The notes under the pieces are model-generated. The model did no database searches, was not told the DNA's origin, and saw only the letters and a list, made by a program, of their open reading frames with translations. From NCBI GenBank assembly GCA_964016885.1, contig OZ024745.1, forward strand, positions 61,814,001-61,878,000: a stretch of 64,000 nt of DNA. The letters run 5' to 3'. Position numbers and translations under genes: made by a program. The DNA comes from Eledone cirrhosa (Eukaryota). Below, piece after piece: positions 29,855 through 44,620 of this stretch. Position 1 is the first letter of the stretch. Each line of letters opens with the position of its first letter.

Positions 29855-30271
29855 AGATCAAAAGATGGTTAAAGGAGTTCCATATATTTTATTATGCGCA
29901 TTTCAAAAACAAACATCATCAAGCAATAATATTTGTGTTTTCATCAGATAAAACAGGAGAACATGATATGAAGGCTAAAAAAACACTTGTTGATAGTGCA
30001 GTTTTAAATCAACATATCAGTTAATTTAACTGCACTATCAACAAGTGTTTTTTTAGCCTTCATATCATATTCTCCTGTTTTATCTGATGAAAACACAAAT
30101 ATTATTGCTTGATGATGTTTGTTTTTGAAATGCGCATAATAAAATATATGGAACTCCTTTAACCATCTTTTGATCTTATATTATGCATACTCCAGTCCCA
30201 CAAACTGTAGAGTGCTTCTTATCCGATATCTGCATTGCTTTATTGTACTACAATAAAACTCACCTCCTACA
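29352..30271. mobile_element. two adjacent fold-back insertions of one HHR family (29352-29790 and 29848-30271)
   Basis: Each is an inverted repeat with an extension of about 90 nt. HHR 30077-30145(+): GTTTTAT-CTGATGA-AAACACAAAT..GTTTGTTTTT-GAAATGCGCAT-A-ATAAAAT. Confidence 0.85.
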
Positions 30272-31227
30272 TATATATATATATATACATATATATATAT
30301 TACCCACACACACACACATATATATATATTGATAGAAAGATATATCTATAGAGAGATATATACATAGATAAATAGGGGTATGATTGGGGTGGCGTGCAAG
30401 AAAAAACGTTATTTTGGGTATTCTACAAATTATACAATAATTATAAATTTTGTTGTTTATATCTATACTAGCCTTGGTTGAGCTGATCTATTATCGAAGG
30501 CATATATGGAGGTATTTTGAACTACATAGTCTCATGTATCAACCTTATTTACGATGGTTGCCAATTGTTTGAGATAGATTTGCAATGTTTATTTTTAACC
30601 TGGTTGTTTGATGGAAATCATTGCAATATATATGACAGAACACCGGACGAAATACTTTCTTACTTATGTATGAAGTTTGACGAGCGGCATTTTAGAAATA
30701 GTAATCTAACGGTTGGCTAAATCCATGAATCGATTTTTATTTTTGATTTTTATTTAATTCATCTACGCCATACAATTTATATGGTCAGTTATGTATAAGG
30801 CAATATACGAGTCCTTCTCTTTTAAAATATAGTCAAAAATATATTTACTATCTAGAGATAAATAGTTTAAAAAACACATAATATACTGCAAGTTATATTT
30901 TTAAATATACCTTACTAAATAGAACCCATAAATATTAATGTCCATTTTGAATTAATTATTTTACATACGTTACAATATATAATTTCTTAATCTCAAAAGA
31001 ATCCATTGAAATGAATTTGAAGATATTTCAACATTTATAGCACAAAATCTCGACAAAACAATATATATATATATATATATATACATATATATACATGTGC
31101 GTGTGTACGTACGTATGTATGTATGTATGTATGTATGTATGTATGTATGTATGTATGTATGTATGTATGTATGTATGTATGTATGTATGTATGTATGTAT
31201 GTGTGTAGTTTATTCGGTGATTTTGTT

Positions 31228-31409
31228 GTTAAATAAATGGGATTACATGTTTATATTAAAACTAATTAAAGAAATATATATCTAATTCATAGAATGATCA
31301 TAAATCCTTTAATTCGTGTTTTATATGCATAAGGATCAAACTTATTAATTACAAATTACCCCCACCCACACACAGGTACTCGCACCCACACACACATATA
31401 TATATATGC

Positions 31410-31493
<84 letters not shown>

Positions 31494-31650
31494 GTATATA
31501 TATATATATATATATGCATAATTTATAATTAATAAGTTTGATCTTCATGCATATAAAACACTAACTAAAGGATTTATGATCATTCTGTGAATTAGATATA
31601 TATTTCCTTAATTAGTTTTGATATAAACACGCAGTCTCCTGATATTTAAC
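31228..31650. repeat. diverged inverted repeat (arms about 130 bp) around a (TA)n tract
   Basis: 31228-31358 is the reverse complement of 31519-31650; no HHR recognised. Confidence 0.7.
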
Positions 31651-32049
31651 TTCAAATGATTAATTTGATTCATATATTTTGAATAAAACTCATGAAAAAT
31701 TATTATGGCTGCTGGGATTTCTGAAACAAAATTTTCAAGCTGCCTTTGTTTTTGAGACATTATTTATCATTGTTAATTTATCGTGCTACAGCCAGTGTGA
31801 TATTCACATTAATCTTACTACACAGTTTGCCTGCAGAATCCTTTTGTCAAAGAATCTATTACATGGACGTTACAATTTACTGAAAAAGCACAATAAATAT
31901 CATAAATCACGCTTTTTTACACTACACTTCTATACTTACAACATATTCTATTGAAAAATTGTTAATAGATATCTTGTTTCATTTATGAGTTTTTTTTCCA
32001 TCTATCAATCAATCCACCTGCATCCATCCATAAATCCATCTCTCTCTCT

Positions 32050-32104
<55 letters not shown>

Positions 32105-32144
32105 AAAGAACACAAGAGCGTCTACAACAGCAAAAGATTTTTAT

Positions 32145-32193
32145 TGGCTTACAATGTTTCTTCCTTACGTAACCGTAGCATTCGTCAGAGCTA
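32145..32193 (-). ncRNA. type I hammerhead motif
   Basis: Minus strand: GCT-CTGACGA-..TACG gtta CGTA..-GAAACATTGT-A-AGC. Confidence 0.6.
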
Positions 32194-32566
32194 TAAAAGG
32201 GGTTTGATTGGTGTTATGGACTCTACCAACCAACTATTATTTCTTAAGTATATATATATATATAAATGATTCTTTTTGGTCGTTTTGGAAGCCTCAACAG
32301 TGCAGATGGGTAAATCTTCGGGTAACAGAATCCGGTAGTGAAGAGAGAGATGTAAGGGAATGTAGAATGAGATGTATAGTGTGTAGAGGAACGTAGGAAA
32401 GAGCGTAAACAATAAAAAATAATAACACGAGATAGAGTTACCTTGGGAGAGATTTAATTGTCCCTATACTTCGGATTCCATCAACCGGGGGGGGGGGGGG
32501 GTCCGGGGGAGAAAGTTATCTGTCGGAGTGGAACGGTACGTGGCCTCTGTTATCCGCTGTTTGTGT

Positions 32567-33626
<1,060 letters not shown>

Positions 33627-33773
33627 CTGTATGGGGTTCAGTGAATTACTGGTGGGGGTATCAAACAAGCACTCGATGCACAGGCAGAGTGTAGATATAC
33701 TGGTCGATACACAATGAAAAACTAAATACGCGTAAACCAAACTGCATCGTTGTTATATATATATATGTATATA

Positions 33774-34170
33774 TAGTGACGAAACATAAGTCAATTGCAT
33801 GAACTCATAATCCTTTATTTACTGCTATATATATTTCGATGATAGCCATTGAATGGCTATGATCTCATCAGGCAGTTAGTCAGTTCTTAGATATGCCAGC
33901 TCTGTCTTTATAGTGTTGATGGTATCAGTGCCTTGGGACATATGATACCATCAAGACTATAAACACAGAGCTGACACATCTAAGAACTGACTAATTGCCT
34001 GATGAGGTCATAGCCATTCAATGGCTATCATCGAAATATATATAGCAGTAAATAAAGGATTATGAGTTAATGCAATTGACTTATGTTTCGTCACTATTAT
34101 AACTCCGGAACTTATATCTTCGTTTAGTGCTCCCTATCCGCATACTGAAGTACTGGATTTTACCAGTACT
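33774..34170. mobile_element. HHR fold-back element
   Basis: Arms about 33774-33927 and 33943-34096. HHR 33994-34049(+): ATTGC-CTGATGA-..ATAGCCAT tca ATGGCTAT..-GAAATATATAT-A-GCAGT. Confidence 0.85.
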
Positions 34171-34176
34171 ATATAC

Positions 34177-34242
<66 letters not shown>

Positions 34243-34263
34243 TTACATATATAAATGTATATT

Positions 34264-34720
34264 TATTGTTATACTTGGGGAGGGTCATATTGTGGTAATA
34301 ATATTGCCAGAATTAATAACAGACCACACTCACTGTTTGGTTGGTTTTCGCTTCTGTATCTTTTATATCAACTAATTCATTCAGTCCTCAATGTTTCAAT
34401 CTTTACCATTGACAGACCAACGGTCAAAATTACAGATATAATATAGATATAAACACATATAAACACATATATATAGTCTAACAAAGTTCTTTCGTTGCAC
34501 ATCTGCAACATCGTCAGTGGTGCTATTATGTTCCTCCTGTTGTATTGTATATTTACGCCAAGATGGCATAAAGATACAGAAGCGAAAACCAACAAAACAG
34601 TGAGTGTGTTCTGTTATTAATTCTGGCAATATTATTACAACAATATGACCCCCCCCCCGCCAAGTATAACAATATTTGATTCGACACACGATTTCATATC
34701 AAAAACCTCGCAAAACAAAT
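34264..34720. mobile_element. fold-back element related to the 6616-7080 family, HHR in the loop on minus
   Basis: Arms about 34264-34363 and 34570-34674. Minus 34479-34522: CTGACGA-tGTTGCA gatg TGCAAC-GAAAGAACTT. Confidence 0.75.
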
Positions 34721-34770
34721 GTATATTTATATATACGCATATGTAAATTTGCACACATGATTGTATATAA

Positions 34771-34848
<78 letters not shown>

Positions 34849-34874
34849 AATGTAAAATAAACAATACAATATAA

Positions 34875-34948
34875 TTACCTCATTACCAGAGGTTTCCCGA
34901 ATAAGACGAATACAAGAAACGTTCTCATTCGTTCGTCGGACAAGGCAA
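34875..34948 (-). ncRNA. hammerhead motif with CCGACGA (U4C) core
   Basis: Minus strand: TTGCCTTGT-CCGACGA-aCGAAT..ATTCGg-GAAACC tct GGT-A-ATGAGGTAA (helix I 9 bp incl. G-U). Confidence 0.65.
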
Positions 34949-35044
34949 TTTAAAACATAGTGAAATTATTGAAAAATCTCTTCAAGAAAGACAAAATTTT
35001 CAACGGAAATTTATATATGGAAACTTATATATATATAATATGTG

Positions 35045-35063
35045 TGTATATATAAAATTAAGT

Positions 35064-35102
<39 letters not shown>

Positions 35103-36247
35103 TGTGTGTCTGTGTATTACCTATATGGGCCTACATCTTACGACCGATTTTCATGAAACTTTACAGGCTCATAGATTACACGTCAGGGAGTGTTTACTAT
35201 ATATCAGCGTATCGTTTTTTTTATTCCGGGGTCATTCTGCAGATAAAAATTGATAGGGGGGGGGGGGGTCACCTTTATTTAGGTATCGAAAAATAAGATT
35301 TTTGGCTCTAGCCCCCACCGATTTCGTTCAACTTTTAAAGCAAAATAGAATTTATAATTTCACATCCTGTAATGGCTTTATATTTTGCACTTGTTGTTCA
35401 GGGACGCCGTGGCAGCAGCTTAAATATTCAAAAATACCACTTTTAGACTCAAATTTCCACTTTTTCGGCTCTAGCTTCCACATTAATCAACCTACTTTGT
35501 TCAAATTTTAGACTACGCTAGATCTAATTATTTCACGTCTTAAAGTTGCTTTACATTTTGGATTTTTTGTTTAGGAACGGCGTGGCAGCCGCTTAAATAT
35601 TCGAAAATACCACCTTTTCGCTCAAATTTCCGCCTTTTCGGCTTTAGCTCCCACATTTTTCAACCGATTTCGTTCAAATTCGAAACTTAGGCTCCACCTC
35701 ACACATAAATCAATTTATTTGGTTCAACTTTTATACTATGATAGAACCTATCATTGCACATCTTATAGTTGCTTTACACTTTGCATTTTTTGTTAAGGGA
35801 CGGCGACCTATCATTAGCTCCCACATTTTTCAACCGATTCGTTCAAATTCGAAACTTCGGTTCCACCTCACACATAAATCAATTTATTTGGTTCAACTTT
35901 TATACTACGATAGAACCTATCATTGCACATCTTATAGATGGTCAAAGGCAAAACGATGGCCACTGACGTCGTCTGAGCTTTTAGTTGTGTATTTGAGAAT
36001 TCATCGGTTTCCAATCAAGTAGCGCGAGGAAATTTGGCTTAGTGTTAGAGGTCATTACCTCCCTCCCCCAGCATGTCCTTCGTCAGTCACCCGCGTTTCT
36101 CAGTGATAAAGGTCATCACCACCCTCCCCCGCATGGCCTGTGTGTGGCCATAGATGAGTCATCGAGAAGCAGTCGCTAAGATCAATACCTTTTCATCAAA
36201 GCAGATATTATTTTACCTACCCAGGCAACGCTGGGTACTGCTGCTAG
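35045..36247 (+). mobile_element. non-autonomous Helitron-like element with internal tandem repeats
   Basis: 5' T(G/C)TATATATAAAA followed by (TG)n; 3' hairpin ACCCAG gcaacg CTGGGT then ACTGCTG-CTAG-T; diverged repeats of about 170 bp at 35300-35940. Confidence 0.75.
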
Positions 36248-36269
36248 TATATATATATATATATATCGT

Positions 36270-36508
36270 ATGCCCCCTTCAGTCAATATTGACCATGATT
36301 TTGCACATAGAAAGTACACCTCCGAGGCTCAAGCCTGAATAAGGTGTGAGACCAGAGTCACCCATGCATGCCAGTGCCCTCTCTACAGGTCATCTATCTG
36401 GTCCAAGGGAATGGCAATGACCGATACAGCTTGGCACCAGTGACGTCGCAAACTCATCTTTTGAGCAACGTCAAATAAAGTATATTTCTCAAGGGCACAA
36501 CGCCTTCC
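36270..36508 (-). mobile_element. SINE family B-related fragment
   Basis: GAGCAACGTCAAATAAAGTATATTTCTCAAGGGCACAAC is the reverse complement of the family B body. Confidence 0.6.
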
Positions 36509-38041
36509 TGGAAGAAACAAAGAAGTTGTTTACTGTCTCAGAGAACTCAACAAGTACAAACACGTTTGAAGTTTTGAGAACCACAGAAATTTTGAAAAAT
36601 ATTTTGCAATAGTATTATAAAATTTCTGCATCAGTATTATAAATCTTCTGTATCAGCATTATAATATATGAACAGCAAAATATGATACAGCGACAACAGT
36701 TTAAGATACGCCCTTTCTCACTGATAAGAAGATTAAGACTAAACAGCAAGATATGTTGAGTCGCTACCTGGAAAAAAATGCTTCCTGTCACGTGTATCTG
36801 TTCAATCTTACGATAGTTGAAACAGATAGCTAGAATCTGGAGAATGAAAACAGAAGTAATCTCTGATATTATTTGCTTCTGAAATGATTAAAATATATTC
36901 AGACACAAATATAATCAAACAACATACGGGAAATAACGCATATAAACTCTACATATGTAGAATACCGAGAATACAGTAGAATATGCACCAGGGACACACA
37001 GTACTCTCATATTGGGAACAGTCAACGAGTCGCAGTGATAATACATAATAAAAATAAGACTATTGAGAGATAATAATTTTTATAATGGTGAAGATAATAA
37101 TGATGGTTAGGATGAAGATAGAAATGATGATAATGGAGATGATGATATTGGAGATGATGATACAAATGGTGATGGAGATGAAGATGATATTAATCATAAA
37201 TAATTTCGCCTAAACAAAATGCCCATGTTAAAAAAGTAAACCACTTGATGTAAAATGATAAGGATGTTGGAAAGGCGGTTATGTGTTCCAGGATAAAAAG
37301 ATTTCGAGAGAGGCATTGTTTCCACTGCCTTACTACTAAGTTATTTACATGTTTTGTAGCAAAGCTATTTGTGATAGTAGAAGCTACAGACGGAGACATG
37401 ATGCATTGCGTATTTTATTGATGAGAAACATTTGTTACTGTAGTGGGGACATGCATGAATATCTTGTTTGGAACTACCTAACAAGATGACTTATGACTTA
37501 CACGATATCTTGTACAACATGATAACTAGAGAGAAATGTACGAAATCTCTGTGCAAAACGTCATATTCTAACAATACACTCCCTTGATGCATTGTTCGTG
37601 GTTAGCTTAAACGCATGTGAGTATTACTCTGAAGCAAGCAAAGCATTAATCCAAATATTATGAACAATTTTGCAAACATTTCTTTTTCATAAATTATACG
37701 ATGTATTATGCAAAATATGTTAAACATATAGAAATTTTATTACCATTTGTTTAATTGTTCAATAGGGACACATATGTAAAATTGGAGGAACAATATTGTA
37801 GGAATAAAAATGTACAAAAAGGAACAGTGCATTATAAAGAAGGTTATAAAACAGTGGCATTAAAATATTACAACAGCAGTAACTCTATGAATATTCAAGA
37901 CTAAAGGAGCAAAAGAATGCATGAATTTTGACCAAGTTATATTACGCACATATAGAGTAAAGAACTAAATATTAACACCAAATAAGACATTGGCACACAC
38001 ACTTGCGTAAACTCCAACCTAGACCCCAACACATATATAAC

Positions 38042-38088
<47 letters not shown>

Positions 38089-38159
38089 GAAGTACTTCCG
38101 TCGGAAAAGTATTGCATTTTTGTTTTTAGAATCCAATATCAATAAATACACCAGGATTT

Positions 38160-38219
38160 TTTCATTCTGATGATTGAAAGCAAAACGTTTTGCTTTTAAG
38201 AAACCACTGGTAAATGGAA
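38160..38219 (+). ncRNA. hammerhead ribozyme, same family as 3991-4050
   Basis: TTTCATT-CTGATGA-TTGAAAGCAAAA cg TTTTGCTTTTAA-GAAACCACTGGT-A-AATGGAA. Confidence 0.8.
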
Positions 38220-38293
38220 TAATTGCCTTATGTTGTTTATTACATAACTATATATATATACATATATACATATACATATATATATAGAGAGAG

Positions 38294-38791
38294 ATTACAA
38301 TAATCAAAGTTCAGTTTAAATCATTTATTTGTTTACAATTGTTTCCTCCAAACCGAGGTTTGGATTCTTCGGAGCAACTATTTAGTGATCTATAACATAC
38401 TTCACCTGCTTTTCAACACAAGAGACATATAAAAACATATGCACATATTGACCCACAGTGGGATGACATCCATCAAAATGATATAGCATGGCAATTTACA
38501 TATAAAGGTTAAAGGATAAAAATAAAAATAAAAATAAAAATAAAAATAAAAATAAAAATAAAAATAAAAATAAAAATAAAAATAAAAATAAAAATAAAAA
38601 TAAAAATAAAAATAAAAATAAAAATAAAAATAAAAATAAAAATAAAAATAAAAATAAAAATAAAAATAAAAATAAAAATAAAAATAAAAATAAAAATAAA
38701 AATAAAAATAAAAATAAAAATAAAAATAAAAATAAAAATAAAAATAAAAATAAAAATAAAAATAAAAATGAAGCATTGGCAGTTTATGAAG

Positions 38792-38795
<4 letters not shown>
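38294..38795 (-). mobile_element. CCGAAGA-HHR family copy containing an expanded (AAAAAT)n microsatellite (about 38517-38769)
   Basis: Matches 8776-8895 and is homologous to 43500-43780. Confidence 0.8.
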
Positions 38796-38848
<53 letters not shown>

Positions 38849-38865
38849 CATATATATATATATAT

Positions 38866-39065
38866 AACGAAGGAAATATGTTAAGGAACCAGGTGGACCA
38901 TAACGCACCAAGGTACTCAATACTTAGGGTAGTAGAGTGGGTAATAGGAACGAGTAGGACCCCGGCGGCTGAGCTCAAGCCGTATCTACAGCTAATTCTG
39001 GATTTAGTCCAGAATTAGCCGTCGAAACGGCTTGAGCTCAGCCGTCGGGGTCCTACTCGTTCCTA

Positions 39066-39067
<2 letters not shown>
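38866..39067. mobile_element. GC-rich fold-back element with about 80-nt extension
   Basis: Arms about 38945-39002 and 39008-39066; same family as 26639-26760. Confidence 0.75.
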
Positions 39068-39142
<75 letters not shown>

Positions 39143-39443
39143 CATTTCCAGTCGATGTTTTGTATTTTTTATATGCAAATGAGCATCTCTACCAAGTGAT
39201 CATTAGACAAAATAGACTCTAGTATATTCTATGCCAGTACGGGTTGAGTGAGCGTCACTGATGAAAGATTATTAAATTCTGACATTCACAAAAGGTATTG
39301 GCAAGTCTGTGATATATTCACAGAAGTAAATAGAGCAAAGTACAATTTTTTCGTTACCAAAAAAATAGTTTTCTTCGGAAGTGAGGCTACCTATATTTTT
39401 AATGTAAATAAACGTTTACTTTTATATATGTATCCAGCTTCAC

Positions 39444-39513
<70 letters not shown>

Positions 39514-39533
39514 ATTTCTCTCTCTCTCTCTCC

Positions 39534-39582
<49 letters not shown>

Positions 39583-39954
39583 ATACATATAAATATATTC
39601 ATGAATGCACACGCAAATACGATAGTAAGGAATGCGTTTTTCTCCCCTCTGTAACAACACTGCACTTAGTCCCTATTGAGACACACTTCCTGATTGACAC
39701 AAACACGCCATCAACAATAAAAAACGAAAAGAAATGAAGCAAACCAACACCAAACAAATAATAGATAAAATAACAAATACATTGAAATAGACAAATAAAA
39801 GTAAATGTATCGATGATGAGTATTCTGTCAATAGGTCGTGCTTCTCATTAAATTTATGCGTGTAAAGCTGAGTATTCCAAGGACACGTGCTTTCGTAATG
39901 TAATTTTCACGCAGATTCTCAGTTGGGCAAGCGTTTAGAATGTCTCATGAAAGA

Positions 39955-40245
39955 ATCAATGGACAGGTTTTACGGGCAAAATCAACCGACAGGAAACGCT
40001 GCGGTAGACCCCGAGAAAGATGGTTGGATGACATTCACGAGCTCGGCTGGACTGGCTTGGGGATCTAGGCGGATCAGATGGAGACTGTTGCTTCTGCCAG
40101 GACCCGCTGGAAGGAGTGTTTGAGGACTTCCTCCACCCACAACCCTCTTAGAAATAAGAGGGCGAAGAAGAAGAAAAAGAAGACAAAGAAGAAGAAGAAG
40201 AAGAAGAAGAAGAAGAAGAAGAAGAAGAAGAAGAAGAAGAAAAAG
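39955..40245 (+). mobile_element. RTE-clade LINE 3' end with (AAG)n tail
   Basis: RKRCGRPRERWLDDIHELGWTGLGI*ADQMETVASARTRWKECL followed by (AAG)n. Confidence 0.75.
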
Positions 40246-41012
40246 ATATGCAGTTTTCTCTGAATATCTATCCAGTTTCACTCACAAGTCTTCAGCGAGG
40301 ATACGCTAAAAAAACATTTGTCTAACATGCCACGTAGTAGAATCAAACTCGGAACCTTCTAATTGCAAAGCAAACTTAACCATTGGCGCATGTCTGAGTC
40401 CATAAAAAAAACCTAAGCAAATAAATATATAAGATGAGAAAAATCTAAGAAACTACAAAACAACACAGCTAAAAAGCAACAACAATATTACGTGAATTGC
40501 TCTACTGAACATTTAATAAAATTTTGCCTATAGATTTCCTTTTTTTTTTTCTATTAAAAAAAAGGACAAACAAGCAAAAACCTGCAGAAATTTGGACAAT
40601 AATTAAATTATCGTCATGAAATTCGAAAGTGATAATTGAATAGAGGTTACAAAGTGGTAGGAAATTTATCAAGTATTTCGTCTTGTAACGTCTTGTATCT
40701 ATTGTTGTTGCAGTTGTTGTTGTTTAGATTTGTTTCCTTATTTTGTACATGTTATCGGTGTTGTTGCTGCAGTTGAGATTTTTCTAGATATATTTTTTTT
40801 TTATCTCCCCTTGCTTTTAACTATTTTCTGTTTCTGAAGAAGCCATTAAAAACAATTCTCTTCTCCTCCTTCTCCTTGCCCTTACATATCCTTTATTATT
40901 ACTGTAGTCTTTTTTCTTCTTCATTTCATCGGCGTCATGGCCGTAGTCGTAAAACAACCATCACAGTAATCAACATCACATTATAGCATTTTAAAGTAAC
41001 TACTACTACTAC

Positions 41013-41014
<2 letters not shown>

Positions 41015-41044
<30 letters not shown>

Positions 41045-41154
41045 CTTCTTCTTCTTCTTCTTCTTCTTCTTCTTCTTCTTCTTCTTCTTCTTCTTCTTCT
41101 TCTTCTTCTTCTTCTTCTTCTTCTTCTTCTTCTTCTTCTTCTTCTTCTTCTTCT
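41015..41154. repeat. (CTT)n microsatellite
   Basis: Direct reading. Confidence 0.95.
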
Positions 41155-41511
41155 CAATAGTCATGTAATACATCATCATCATCATCATCTTCATCATCAT
41201 CACTACTCCTTATAGTATATTTATCTCACACATTTCTTCTAAATGCCACACCCCCGTCTTCTTTACATTAACTAATATAAGATTTAATGTGGCGGAATAA
41301 CGAGAAAATATAGGCGTGGGTTGTTGACCATATCAGATGACAAGCTTCGGAAAAATATTTTCAGACAATAGCATCTCCGATTTTCACCAGAACGTACACC
41401 AGGAACGACACCGACAAATAGCACGTGGTTTAAACTGCGACCTCAATGAAGATAGTTTGATTTATCAAGAAAATTAAATTTCCTCTATAATACTAAACTA
41501 ATAAGTCGTGA

Positions 41512-41583
<72 letters not shown>

Positions 41584-41634
41584 CTATATGTGTATGTGTG
41601 TGTGTGTATGTATGTATGTATGGATGTATGTATA

Positions 41635-41689
<55 letters not shown>

Positions 41690-41863
41690 GAAAACGAGAA
41701 ATCGGTGATGCATCGGAACTCAATTTATTGTGTGTTACAATTGTTTCCCCGGCGAACAGCTCGAGGTGTGATCCGTGTGTGGATCTACCTGACTCTAAAC
41801 TCGGAGCATAGAGTGCTCAACCGGCATACCGCCTATGGAAGCATCTTAGCTACCATTATACAT

Positions 41864-42047
41864 GTGGATTGGCAGTATCGGTAGAGGGTCGGACGCCATG
41901 CTTTGCAGCACAGTTACGTCCCTTTACGGACTGAGTTCAAATCCCGCCGAGGTTAACTTTGCCTTTCATCCTTACGGGGTCGATAAAATAAAGTACCAGT
42001 AATACACTGGAGTAATTGCTGGCCTTGTGCCAAATGTAGAAACAATT

Positions 42048-42049
<2 letters not shown>
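41864..42049 (+). mobile_element. SINE family A
   Basis: Sequence identity to the other copies. Confidence 0.9.
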
Positions 42050-42106
<57 letters not shown>

Positions 42107-42462
42107 GTCGATCGACTTTCGTCAAATCAGACCGAGGAAACAATGTTTCCGTTGGTCTTTCCAATTGCTAGTACTATCTATCAGTCGCAACTCCAGGTAG
42201 AAGGAACAACGTGAAATAAAGTGTTTTTCTCATAGATATAACACATCACAGTTGACGGGAGTAGCATGAGTTTCTCTGCTAGTACCGGTTGCATATCAGC
42301 GGACTCAATAGGTAATGTTATGTAAAATCACAGAATATATATAAATGAATTAATCGATGTCACATTTGATCGGTTGCGAACCGTATCCATTTATCTGATT
42401 TGGCCCTATCAACGCTCAATGGTTCACAGAATTCATAGTTTCAGAAAGGTAATTTATTATTT

Positions 42463-42549
<87 letters not shown>

Positions 42550-42652
42550 ATGAAATAATCTATAACTCTTAATGAAGTCGTAGAGGAGCCGTCGTGTTAT
42601 ATGGCTTTACTTCGCCTGGTTTGAACATAGCTGATTTCTTCCAGAGAAGGAG

Positions 42653-42734
<82 letters not shown>

Positions 42735-42735
<1 letters not shown>

Positions 42736-43313
42736 GTAATAATAATAAATTTGAAGACTAAAATCGATAAGGATAAATATATATCAAATATATAAGAACC
42801 GTAGAGCAAATATTTATTAAAATAACATTAAATTTTAAGCAAAGAATCGCTGCTTTCACCCTTAACGGGATCTTCTGAAACTAAAAATATCAATCTGTGA
42901 ACGCAGAAGTAAATATTTCAAAAAACGTTGCAACCGAAGGAAGACAGGAAGACGATATTTTGGTTCGTGGAAACGTTCCCTGGCAAAGAACGGAAAAAAA
43001 ACGAAAATAATACGTCATAATTAGGAGCGGTGAAAACAATTAAACGCAAAGACAAAACCCCGTTTATGGTATAAATGAAGTCGTAGACTAAAACTCTATT
43101 ACGTAGTTCATGGAGACGATCTCTGGCAATGAACGGAAAAAACGAAGATAATAGGTCATTATGTGGAGTGATGAGAACAATCACACGCAATCGGTTGCAA
43201 CGTTTTTCGAAATATTTACTTCTGCGTTCACAGATTGATATTTTTAGTTTCAGAAGATCCCGTTAAGGGTGAAAGCAGCAATTCTTTGCTTAAACATTAA
43301 TCTGTTATTTTAA
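42735..43313. mobile_element. fold-back element sharing its 3' end with the PLE at 5143-6542; loop holds a diverged direct repeat (period about 143)
   Basis: Arms about 42817-42937 and 43191-43313. Terminus ATTCTTTGCTTAAAC.TTAATCTGTTATTTTAA matches 6510-6542; HHR-like CAGAAGA-tCCC gttaa GGGt-GAAAG. Confidence 0.75.
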
Positions 43314-43325
43314 TATATATATATA

Positions 43326-44620
43326 GTATTAAGGATACTATTTATGGTTATGTATATACTAAAACCTTTTATAGTTATATATATTTTAAACCCTAAACAG
43401 TGAAAGACAGTAATTTATTACTACCTTATTACCAGTAAGATAAATAGCTCAATGTAATAACATCAGTTGTTCTACAGAGCAGTTATATAGAAATCACATG
43501 AATCAAAGTTCTGTTCAAACTATTTATTAGCTTACAATTGTTTCGTCCAAACCGAGATTTGAAGTCTTCGGACCAATTTTTCAATGATTGTTTACATACA
43601 TGACCTCCTTTCCAACACAAGAGACATCCAGAAACATATGTATATATCGATGCACAGTGGGGTGACATCCATTATAATATTTTAGCATGGCAATTTACAT
43701 TCAAAAATTAAAATCATATTAAAAGAAAATTAAAAGAAAGTTAAAGTTAAAATACAACATCGGCAGTTTACGAAGATAATGCAAGAGGATAGTTTGAAGT
43801 AGTTAGTGTATGCAATAGTTACACGTGGGGCATGCACGTGTGTCTTATTTATATAAGATTAATGTGCGGCAAGGTGTTATATGCAATACAAGCACTTTAA
43901 GCGGGTAAACAAGAGTATTATGGGGGTTGTACTGGTAAAGTATTTTTTATGCATAATAAAGAAGCTTGTGTGCAGAGAGATATTAAAAATAAGAAGCAAA
44001 ATAATGTTATGGTTTTCGTATACACCACCATTTTCACAATCCAGGAAACGTAATAGGAAACGTAATATTACGTTTCCTGGATTGTGAAAATGGTGCTGTA
44101 TACGAAAACCATAACATTATTTTTATTCTCATTTTTAATATTTCTCTGCACACAAGCTTCTTTATCATACATAAAAAATACTTTACCAGTACAACCCCCA
44201 TAATATTCTTGTTTACCCGCTTAAAGTGCTTGTATTGCATATAACACCTTGCCGCACATTAATCTTATATAAATAAGACACACGTGCATGCCCCACGTGT
44301 AACTATTGCATACACTAACTACTTCAAACTATCCTCTTGCATTATCTTCGTAAACTGCCGATGTTGTATTTTAACTTTGTTTTAATTTTCTTTTAATATG
44401 ATTTTAATTTTGAATGTAAATTGCCATGCTAAAATATTATAATGGATGTCACCCCACTGTGCATCGATATATACATATGTTTCTGGATGTCTCTTGTGTT
44501 GGCAAGGAGGTCATGTATGTAAACAATCATTGAAAAATTGGTCCGAAGACTCCAAATCTCGGTTTGGACGAAACAATTGTAAGCTAATAAATGGTTTGAA
44601 CAGAACTTTGATTCATGTGA

